A stretch of DNA of 57,783 bases, the filler included, from Circinaria calcarea (lineage: Eukaryota), in the NCBI GenBank assembly GCA_051942165.1. It is 5 parts of 5 records of this genome, joined end to end, with 100 filler letters (N's around TTAATTAATTAA, not from the genome) between each part and the next. Parts side by side here need not be neighbours in the genome. Positions count along the whole stretch, not along the records: positions 46,322 to 57,783 come from JAVECS010000682.1; 4 more parts are not named here. One strand, 5' to 3'. The notes under the pieces were generated by a model. That model worked only from the letters and a program-made list of their open reading frames with translations. It did not search any database and was not told where the DNA came from. Numbering within the stretch: the stretch's first letter is position 1; each line of letters starts with the position of its first letter. Position numbers and translations under genes: made by a program. Positions 47,690 through 57,783 of this stretch are shown here, in pieces.

Positions 47690-48772
47690 ATGTCAACAGA
47701 AAAGGAAAAATCCAAGGTGCACAAGCTATCACTCAAAGGTGAAAAATCCATGCAAGCTGTGAACCTACAATTTCTTACATGTTCTTAGGCTCATCCAAGC
47801 TTGTTGCTGAGTTTGTAAGAAGACTTCTAGCCCCGCCCATTCAGAATGGATTCGAGAGTTAATATAGCACAGTTTGAGTATTCGATAAATACCATACTGT
47901 AGGTTATTTCAATGAATCAACAGCTACAGAATGTTGATGATGGTGCAGCTTTCAGAGAGGCGTATACCCAGCTGAAGACTTTACCGCGTAGGTCAAACCG
48001 ACGGCAGGAAGAAGATCTACTGATTCCGAAAGTGTCAAAAAGTATGGCCTTAATATGCTGGGTACGTCTTAGCCTATTCCCCATTTAAGACTATTCACTG
48101 AGCCTTTACAGTCTCTTCGGACGATCAAGTCAGAGCATACATTAGAAAGATCATGTCCCAGTTAAACAAATGGATGGTTGGTGGTAAGATATCAAAGCTA
48201 GTAGTCGTCATCACGAGCAAAGAGACCGGTGAACCTATGGAAAGATGGCAGTTCGATGTAGCTAGTTCTCGAGCTGCTGTTGTGTCAACCATCTAACGGT
48301 CGGTCGTAGGTGCAATTGTTCAGCAAAACTAGCAAGAAGTCCGCATCAACAAAGACAACAGACAAGGAGAACACTGCTCCAGAGTTAGTCGCTCTTAGCT
48401 GCAAACATATCTGGATTGCTCGTGTTGAAAAATAGGTTTTAGTACCGCAGAACCTCCAACGGAAAAAACAGAAAAGGAGATCCAAGATGAGATACAGTCC
48501 ATCTTCCGCCAGATCACCGCATCGGTTACGTTCCTCCCACAATTAGATGGCAATTGTACATTCAACGTATTAGTATACGCTGATGCAGATTCGGACGTGC
48601 CACTTGAATGGGGCGACAGCGATTCGAAGGAGATCAAGGATGGGGAGAAAGTGCAACTTCGGAGCTTCAGCACCAGTAACCATAAGGTTGATACCCTAGT
48701 TAGCTACAGGTAAGAACTTGCCCCCCACCAAACAAGAGGAGTTGCTAACATGCATTCAGGTTGGCGGATTAG
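47690..48772 (+). CDS. MAD2: Spindle assembly checkpoint HORMA protein Mad2, 9 exons
   Basis: Manual splice gives [39 protein letters not shown]...ERWQFD...IFRQITASVTFLP...CTFNVLVY..VPLEWGDS..VQLRSFSTSNHKVDTLVSYRLAD. Absent from the ORF track. Confidence 0.95.
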
Positions 48773-49315
48773 ATGGTGGTATTATGGTAAGACGTTGGCG
48801 TAATGGCAACGGATGAGCTTCATGTCGTAGAGGAAGGTACACTGCTTTACAGATTCAAAATACATTGAGAACTCCTAATTATACCAAGATGTACGGTCAT
48901 ACCGCTACAACTCCGTCATCTCCTGTGAGTATAAGCAATAGCGAAGTAGAATATGGATCAAGCTACTTCGAGGACAAGTCAGCTGTTTAATTTATATTGG
49001 ACATCAAGCCTATCTATGGCTGCCTATTAATAAATTGAAGAAAAAATATAAGAAGACAAAAAGATATACAGCTGGTATTCGCTGATGGTCACCCACCCAA
49101 CTACTAATCAGCCGATCTCAAGCTTATGTATGGCAGAGGGGACGGGATGCCCAGTTCTCTTGAGCGCGATTTTACGTGCGCTGTACCCGACTTCCCTGCA
49201 CCTGAAATAGAGCCTTTTCGCCGCTTTTTCTGGCTGCTTTAACCCGACGTGCACAAATAGCGTTGTTTTGTTAGTATTACGCAGTCGCGTATCGAGCCAC
49301 GCGCTTGCCGTGACT

Positions 49316-52300
49316 TTAAACCTTATCGATTGCAATTTCTTTTTTCCTCCGCCTTGACCGAAAAGATCGGCGCCACTTCGAATCTGGCTTGGGTACAGGT
49401 GGCTTTTCAGCATCGGTTTCACTGCTTCCTGTGCTCTTGGGACGGTGCTTTGTCAGAGTGTCAGGTCGCGCGTCTGATACCTCATAAGTGGAATGGATTG
49501 ATGTCAATATTTTGGAGATCAATTCCCTGCTTTTGAGACCGATTTCTCTGATGAACTTTCTGCTTTGCTTCGGGGAGATATAAAACAGTGCACCCATAAA
49601 AATAACGAGCATGGCGCTGAATGAGACTAGGACTAAGATTTTTAAGAAGTGATTAGATTCCGTTTCTTGTTCAGATAGATAAGGTGGCGGTGGGAGAAAG
49701 GGGGCTTACATATCACAGGGAAGATGAACATCGAGTCATATTGGTCATTTCCCGGCTCTGCTCCTGGTATTGGCAGTTTTGGAAAGATGTTGATGTTCAG
49801 GGCGAACAGCGATGTGAGAAATGATAAAGGTAGCTGTTGTAGGATGCCATGTCAGTAGTGTGAACCGAGGAAGTGATGGGGCAACCACACACGAAGAATA
49901 CTGTCACCAAGGTGAAAATCAATAGGAGTGCACTTTGCCGTGCAGCTTGCTTGGAGTGTTGAGAAGCTTCCTCGCCCTGGCGAGCTGCGGCTTCCGCTTC
50001 TTTAAGGTTCGCTCCCTTCTGTTTGAGGTCCAGTAAAGCTTTAAGCTTCGGAAGCCAGTCAGTTCAAGAATACTTGATGCTCTATATTCCTACCAACTTA
50101 CCTGCTCATAGGTAGTTGCGGCGTCTTCTTTCATTTTATCAACTGCATCAATCCTGCTATATATACCAGAGCGTTCCAAGTAATACGTTCTGGCCTCTTT
50201 AGTTAGTTCAAGCCCACCTTGTTCGCCAAAAGCTTTCTCAATAACGTATTTCTGCTCTTCCAAGATCTTGCGAAGGATGTTCAACTCGTCGCGAATGTCT
50301 CGAATGTTCTTGAGCATAATGATTTCTCGGAGGATATTAAGGCCCTCAGTTGAAGTTTCCGGCTTCGTTGGTTTCCCTGTAGCTTTCTTCGTAGGCTCCT
50401 GTTTAGGTCTCTTTATAGGTTTTCCAGTCGGGTTATCTGTAGCTTGGTCCTTTTTTCTATTATCCTCCTCTTCGTCACTATCATCCTCGATTTCACTCTC
50501 ATCCTCTTCTCCACTTTCCATTTTTGTGACAGTGTTTCTTTCTTCTGAAGCATCTTGAGATTTGCCACCTAACTTCCCCCTTTCACTATTATCTTGCTTC
50601 TCCTTGGTCTCTTTCTTCACTTCTCTCTTGAAATTACGGAATAAGCGAGCCTCCTTGTTCGCCTTGGCTATTTCAGTACGCAAACAACTGAATTTGGTAA
50701 GAGAAGAGAACACGCAACTTACGACTCTTCTTACTTCAGAAGCAAATGCCTCGAAGAAACTCTCTATCACCTGCCCATTCTTCTTCCTGACGTAGCATTT
50801 GTCTACAAACCGCAGACATATACTCATGATAAGAGCTGCCATTTCGTGGGCATTGCTGACTTGTCGACGACCTTTTTGCCGTAAGTACATCTTAATGCTA
50901 TCGAGGACTTTCAGTTCTCTGAATTCGTCCTCGGCCCATCGTTCGGGGAAGCTAGAAATGATTGTCTCTATATGAAATTAGATTGCTCCACTTGAACAGA
51001 AAAATAAAACGTATCGAGGGAGCCAGATAGATATTTGTGCAGCAAATGCAGAAAATAATTAGCAAAGCCGACTGCACTATCGCAAAGTGCGGCCGTCATA
51101 CTGCGGCGAATCGTGAGATTGAAAACACATACTGTCATCGATTATCCATATCCAAAGTTGGTCTACTGTAAATATAACTGGATTGTCCGAGTATGACGGA
51201 GCTCGGGTCTCGCTAGAGCTTTGAGGCTCTTCCGTACCTTCTTTGGATGTGGCTGGTGTGTTAGACTTTGCTGTATCGTGCTTACTGTCTTTTGGGTGCG
51301 ATTCATTTGGTGATTTGAGCGAGTCATGCTTTAGGGCCTTTGCCACGGGTGCATTCGCTAGTTCTGTAGACTTGCGCAATGAATAACGATAAAGCACCTG
51401 AGACTTGTCGCGGTATTCAGTATCGACAGAATCGTAATAGAACTGATCTAAAGTACGATGCATATGCAAAAAGCCTCTTGGATGCGCCGAGTATCTTCTG
51501 AGAAGGGCTTCACACTTCTCTCTAGAGCTCCATTGCGGTGACTTTGAAGCAGCACGTTCGTCTACTCTTTTAGGATCTCTGTTAATGTCTTGTGGACTCA
51601 ATTGCGATGGCTCTGTTGGTACTATAGGCGCACTTTTGTCGATGCTTATCGGTTCTGTCCCTGCAGAGATGATTTTGCCTGAACCTGCAGAAGTCGTCGC
51701 TCTTGTCTGGCATTCTAAGCGCGATGGCTCATCTGTTGTTGTAGAGGTCGAATTCGTTGAATCCTTGCTCTTTTTCTGAGCGTCCATCGCCTTTAGTGTT
51801 TTTTGTATTTCTACCCGAGAAGAATGGGGCTCGAAATTGAGATATGGCACCTGGTATAGGTCCAATCAGCGAGTGTATTAAATGACAGCGGTTGAGAATA
51901 TCTTACATAGATGGCAATTCTAGACCTCTTCTCTTGATGTCCCGATCCTGGTGGATCATTGACTTGACCTACGTCATGCTCTCGCTCCCCGTTGTACATC
52001 TAGGAGCAGTCAGCATATGCAGCTGCATTAGGATCATGGACAATGGATGACCAGAAATGATGGCTTCATATATCTTGAATGATCCTTGAAACCTATATGC
52101 TCATAATTTTTATTACCGATGAAGATAAGCAGGCGGTTGAAGTAGTCTTTAGTCTTGCGTTCATCGTGGCAAATCCTTTGCACTAGGTCCTACAGATTCC
52201 AATCTAAGTGTTAAACCAACCTCTATTTGACTCGTTTAGGTCCAAATTTACCTTAACCCAAACGATCTACAATATAACCATTAGAATCTCCCAATGAGCT

Positions 52301-55300
52301 CGCCGCAGACCACTTACATTATTAGCAGGGATGTGAATCCAACGCATACGATGATAATGGTCTTCTGACGTAGAGTTTAACTCCTTTAGCATATCTTGGT
52401 ATGGTTTCTTCATGACCGCTTTAGGACCACGGTATATTAGCTCGTACATCTTTCTAATTCTTTGTAACTTGTTGATTTTGGGTGGTGCCGGAGTTGTAGG
52501 TCCATCAGGATACTCCTTCTGATTTCTTTCTACCTTCTCAGTATCGGCTTTCTGCTCCTCTTTAGATTGGTTGTTGTGATTGACAGGCTCATAAAAGTCC
52601 ATAACAAGAGCATCGAAGTTCCAGCAGATATCCTTTTCCTCTTTCTCCTCTTTTTTGTTGGTGTTGAGGTCTTGAGGTGATTGTACAACTCTTGTGGATG
52701 GTTCCCGCTGTATAATCACCGGGGGGTCTCCGAATATCTTCTCGTACTCCTTTTTGGCATTTTTCCTAGCCAGTTTCCATGCAGTGTATCCATCCCTATC
52801 CTTGGTATCGAGGTCCGCACCAAATTTCAGGAGTAAACGGACCATTTCCTTAGCATTAGCCGCTGGTGTTCTTGGGTCGTCCTTTCTCTTTTCACCTTTT
52901 TCGATGCCGTCCTTTCTCTTCTCACCTTTTTCGGTGGCTTCGATCTTCTTGCCCTTCATGCCCTTCTTGGCCGGTTCATCATTTTCTATTCCTTTTCCTT
53001 GATCTCTAGCTCCCTCAGCTAAAATGTCGTCACTGGGAAACAGAACTGCCATGTGTAATGCTGTTTGTCCTGATTCTGTGGTCGCCTCGATGTCCGCCCC
53101 TTTGTTCAACAAAGCCTCCATGGCGTCCTTGTGGCCATATTTGGTAGCTAGTAGAAGCGGTGTAAGTCCATTGGCCAGAGTCTTCGCCTCAGTATCTGCA
53201 TCTTGGGTCTCGATCAGTAATTTGATCAGCTCAACTTTCCCTTTCTTGACTAGATGGTGAAGCATAGTCCGGCCTTGTTCGTCCTTCTTTTCGACGTTGA
53301 ACTCAACATCTAAGTTTAGCAGTGCCTTTACCATCGCTTCATTAATCGACTCTCCGCTCACTGCCCTATATAGCTTATCAGTTCTCTTGACCTTATCTAC
53401 AAGCCATTCAGCTGCCTGCTCTCGTTCCTCAACCTTCTCTCCACCAATCTCTTCAGGACATCCTTTCAGTAGTATTTGGACCATCTCAATATCTCCATGC
53501 TTTTCAGGCTCTTCATTCTCGAGCCCCTCTCCCTCAGGCTTTTTCTCCTCAAACTCCTTATTCTCAAGATCTTCCGTCCCAATACTCTTTTTCTGAAGCT
53601 CTATGTCTCTGATAGCCTGGCCTATGACCGATACCTTGTCCTTACTTTTATCCTTACCTTTATTTATTGGTGTTGGTCTGGCTTTGTGCTCCAACAGCTG
53701 CTCCATGAGGGCTTTGTTCCCCGATCGATACGCGGCATGCAGCGGCGTCTCTCCCTCTTTGTCGGTGGACTCAAGATAGTCCTTGTCATCGCTCTTTCCT
53801 TCAAGTAAGGTCTTTAAGACTTTCTTTATTGACTCTACCTCCTTAAAGCCCTGGCAGAGAAGATGTAATTCGGTTTTTTTCTCGTCGTCTAGTAGACCAC
53901 GCCTCGATCCAACTCGAAGTAGTTTTTCTATGATTTTTTCTTGTCCATGAGCTGCTGCAATGTGAAGAGCTGTTCGACCAATATTGGTCTTGGCCCGAAA
54001 GTCAGCCCTGCGACTCAGTAGCAACGAAACTATATCTTCGCTGCCTTTAGCTGCTAGGTGTAAGGGCGTCTGTCCATCTGTATCTGCTAAGTCGAGATCC
54101 GCTCGCAAGTTCGGGACTTTGCTGTCATCATCATCTTCTGGTTGTATTGGCACCTCAAGAAGCTGCGTTGCGATTTCAGTCTGCCCACTTTCGGCTGCCA
54201 GATGTAGCGGGGTTTGACCATAATGGTTTCTGGTGTGAGGAAAAGCACGACGATTTAGTAGAATTTCAACTACGCCACATTTTCCAAACGCAGTAGCATA
54301 ATGTAAGGGCGTCGACCCATGCCTATCCGGCGAATCGACGGAGGCGCCTTTATTCAGCAGTAGCTCTACGCCTGACTTATCTCCTTGCTGGCTTGCTTGG
54401 ATCAGTGCTGTTTCTCCAATGCTGTTTACTGCGTTGACTGCCACGTTATTGTTGAGTAGTATCTTTGCGACTCCAATATCGTTGTTGCCAAACGCATAGA
54501 ACAGCGGGGTTCCTCCAAAATCATTTGTCACGTCGACTTTCGCTCTCTTAGTCACCAAATGCTCTACAATCTCGGGATGGTTCCGACGTACGGAGTCAAA
54601 AATTGGTGTCTCGCCAATAAAGTCGGTAGCTTCAATATCGGCATTGTTTTCTAACAAAAGCGTCACTGTCGATAAACTCCCGTATTGCGCGGCCAGGTGC
54701 AAAGCGGTGGTTGGATACTCATCCTTGGTTTTTGACTTAGCATCCACACGTTGTGCCAGCAGAAACTTTATCACATCAGTACGCTCGCTTTGCCGACACG
54801 CATAATGTAGCACATTCTGTCCTTTGCGCCACATCCTGTTGACATCACTAACGTTCGCTAGTGTTGTTTTTAGTGATTCTAGGTCCCCACGCCTGACGGC
54901 GTCATAAACCTCCCGGCGATCCTTGAAGTCGTCTTCTGACTCTTGTGATGAGGGTTCTTCTTCTACTGATGTGTCGGATTCGGCCCCTCCGTCTTGCTCC
55001 TCAAGGGTCGAGGGCGATTTTGGTTCATCTTGGCCGTTCTGTGCGTCCTCAGCGCTCCCTTCAGGTTGTTCCTCATTTGAGAGTGGTGGTTCAGCGGTTT
55101 CGCCATCCTTAGTTATAGCTTGACCTGTGGACTTGTCGCCAACGATGTCACTATTTGGCTTGTCCTCTGACACATCCAAGGTCGCGTGGGGTTCAAGCGT
55201 TGCTTTCGCAGAAAGACTCGCTCTGTCTTTATCATATTCAGTATTAGGGTGGACGTTGTCAGCGTCTTCCATGTGCACAAAGACGGGTCCTGCCGGGTCT

Positions 55301-55377
55301 CTCGTAGTAGCCAGTAAGGTAGCTTTCACGGTCGATTTCTTACTGCGGTTCAGTTCAAGATCATTCGTGTCAGCCAT
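49316..55377 (-). CDS. Large ankyrin-repeat protein with C-terminal CorA-like membrane domain, multi-exon
   Basis: Exon 1 has many G.TPLH.AA ankyrin repeats. Downstream come RWIHIPANN, PYLNFE, LHMHRTLDQFYY, VDQLWIW, IRDIRDELNIL, LDLKQK.AN, IFTLVTVFFLPLSFLTSLFALN and a second TM segment. Internal exon boundaries at 51860-52320 are approximate. Confidence 0.8.
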
Positions 55378-56025
55378 CCAATGGCCGTATTGGACTGCTC
55401 GCTGGAAGACTTACTGTTGTTCGTATGTAAAAACAATTAGATTCTGAGATTTTACGAAACAAGCTCAATTGGAAGCTGTAAAGATGTCGTAACACAACTC
55501 TCACAAATAAATAAACTCGAGGTAGAAGCTGGACATATACGTCGTAATTAAGGTCACCATCGCGACGAGGCTGTGCATAGCTAATCCAGTGGGGGACAAC
55601 CATCTGGCGCGTGCAACGCAACTTCCAGTTCCACGCTCTGCATGAAACTGGACCAATAGAGCTAAAGCTCGAGAGCAACTTCCCCTTTTGGAATAAGTAA
55701 TGGCTTGAAGGCTGACAGCTGTAAGCCCCCTATAGCACGAGGCTGACCACTCAAATCTTTTTTACGCCTGTAGTCTCAGCCTTTTCCCTAGTAGACTGCT
55801 GGAGTCTATCAATTCATATGCCACCAATGCACGTGGGCTTTTAATAGGATAAGTTATTGTTTCTTTGAATAGGGAACATTTTACCGACGGGTGCGAAAGT
55901 CCGAGGCTGTATATCGTCGTATTCTACAATCGTGAGCGACATGACTAAAATATGAGATGCAGCAAATAACAGGTAGGGGCGGCGTAGTGAAGCTTAAGGG
56001 TAGATGTAAAACGAGCGGCGAGAGA

Positions 56026-56773
56026 GGCGAATTTCGAAAATACCCTCTGCTGACCCATGTAATTACTCGGCTAAACTGTTTTATCCTTGTAATTGGCTGA
56101 AATCCCCCTTGCTATCCCTTAAACCGTCCTTCCGGCATACACGTCACGTGCACAGTACAGGGAGTTTCGGGCACTAATAAAATCTTAATTCTAGCCAATC
56201 AGAGGAGTTACAAAGGAAAAAATAAATGTATAATCAACGCAGCAAGTATGTAATAAGCAGCATACATTTTGCGGTACATTGCTCGCTAAACCCCCGGACC
56301 CCCCCCTACTAGTATAGCGTGCACGTGACGTGTATGCCGGAAGGACGGTTTAAGGGATACCCGTAAGTGGTGTGGCGCCACTTACCTTTTGGCCTGTTGA
56401 TTGGCCATAGACTTTCTAAAGTATGCCCTCGTTTCTTTATCGCGATTTCATATCAGAAACCCATGTATGAAACCTGCCACAAAACAAGTGAAAGTAGTTA
56501 ACGAATTGTAACGGTAAAAGGCGATTTTTATTATGTAATACTGTACATTTTAAACCTTCGCGCAATTCGGATTTTATTTAGCCTTCCACCACTGTGACAG
56601 CAGGAGTAATTGCGAAAGGCGAAGCGACAGCGACAGCAAGGTAGGTCAATTAAGCCAATCCGAGGGCGTAGACGTAGTGCTTAGGGTGTATTTCAGCAAG
56701 ACGTCAGTTACTAGGATAAATACGGTCAGCCGTGTAATTACATGGGTCAACAGGGGCATTGTAGAAATTCGCC
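56026..56773. mobile_element. Older non-autonomous TIR element with degenerate ~72-bp TIRs, host of the nested MITE
   Basis: 56026-56097 (GGCGAATTTC...GACCCATGTAATTAC.CGGCT...TTTATCCT.GTAA) aligns with the reverse complement of 56702-56773 at roughly 80% by eye. No clean TSD. Confidence 0.7.
56113..56359. mobile_element. MITE, Tc1/mariner-pogo type: 243 bp, perfect 39-bp TIRs, TA target-site duplication
   Basis: TA+TCCCTTAAACCGTCCTTCCGGCATACACGTCACGTGCAC (56113-56153) has its exact reverse complement at 56319-56359. The interior is non-coding. Confidence 0.9.
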
Positions 56774-57672
56774 GTGAAAAGAGCGATGGGAATGCCCCGT
56801 TCTTTTGAGTCTATGGTCGTATGTGAAGGTTGAGATTACTAAAAGTATATATCAAGGAGGAGAAGGGGTTACCGTGAAATGGTAATTGCTTTGGTGAGAC
56901 TACTCTTCATCTGGTTTCATACTGGCCGACGAGACTATTGTGATCTTATCCACTATGCCAGAAGATCTTCTGTGTTTTTCTTAATCACCTCCAACCTCTC
57001 TGAATCCCATGTAGCCTCTGCAAACTCCTTTTGGTGACCTAACTTTACAGCTTACTTGCGTTCATGTCATAAGTGTGCATCACCTGAGGCAGTGACGAAG
57101 CCACTGCATCGCTGTCAACTATGAAGCCAGTGCTGTTTCTAGACCTACTACACTCATATGACGAATTGGAGCATAACAACTGCTTCCTAAGACTATGTGC
57201 TGATGTCGGAGCACTACCAAGCGACCTTACCGACTCGGCCGGAGACGATCCTGCCGGAATTAAGGTAAGGGGCGGAGATGATAGTGCTCCGAGCCAATCC
57301 CCAGACTGTTGTTGTCTGGATGTCTAAAGTGGAATCTAGGCGGGCATCTCGAAAATATTTGGGCGTTTGGGAAATCGATGTACTCGAAAGAGGGTTCGAT
57401 ACAAATGTGATCGTCTTTAGTCAAGCCAGCCCCACGGACTTGAGTATTGTGAGTTAGGCTTACCGAAGAATGAGACTCGATCAGGTCAGGTAGATACTAT
57501 CTAGAGGTATTTACCCAACGTGAGTTGTTCCTACGGGAGAAAATATCAAGCCCCATTTACTTGTCTTCGCTTCAAAGATTATTAATATGATTTGAGGAGT
57601 TGTGGGCTAGATTGTTTTCATTCATTCTCTAAGATTCTGGACATAGCTCCGACTACTTGCTTGTACCTTGCG

Positions 57673-57783
57673 TCAAAGCTTCTGCCCAGACTTATCGACT
57701 TCCACGATCTGATCTATTCCAGAATACGGTGGTATATCCAGATCATACTTTTCCGCAACTGAAGGTGGGAGGAATCTACCTCC
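57673..57783 (-). CDS. Possible 3' end of a gene entering from the contig end
   Basis: Open frame from the window end: GGRFLPPSVAEKYDLDIPPYSGIDQIVEVDKSGQKL*. Protein-like, family not identified. Confidence 0.3.
   Translation of the reverse strand, partial: GGRFLPPSVAEKYDLDIPPYSGIDQIVEVDKSGQKL

Noticed and set aside
1..57783. tRNA, rRNA, CRISPR arrays, transposase or tyrosine-recombinase (Starship captain) genes
   Set aside because: None recognised by eye. tRNAscan-SE, Infernal and HMM scans were not run, so small RNA genes may have been missed.

Overview
Filamentous ascomycete (Pezizomycotina) genomic DNA with spliceosomal introns. The window is not one locus. It is five contigs of decreasing length (11497, 11481, 11478, 11465 and 11462 bp) joined by an artificial 100-bp linker (44 N + TTAATTAATTAA + 44 N), so adjacency across linkers is meaningless. 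Contig 1: Pib2-like FYVE gene, F-box-like gene, Rid/YjgF gene, con-6, an MFS pseudogene and partial ATG27. Contig 2: DHA1 MFS, secreted histidine phosphatase, MEX67 and partial ERV46. Contig 3: partial GT90/CAP10, Tea4/TeaC SH3 gene, Aro80-like Zn2Cys6 factor and a terminal (GGGAAAT)23 array. Contig 4: an AT-rich-flanked island encoding a BVMO, O-methyltransferase, Pth11-like protein and UstQ-like tyrosinase, with no core synthase. Contig 5: partial GUF1, MAD2, an ankyrin + CorA-like gene and nested non-autonomous transposons. Best leads: (1) the MEX67 first intron folds by hand into one long nested hairpin and carries an in-frame stop, a candidate autoregulatory retained-intron element; (2) a 609-nt in-frame, stop-free candidate exitron in the Tea4/TeaC gene; (3) a MITE with perfect TIRs nested in an older TIR element upstream of the ankyrin-CorA gene. 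All gene models, alignments and folds were done by eye.
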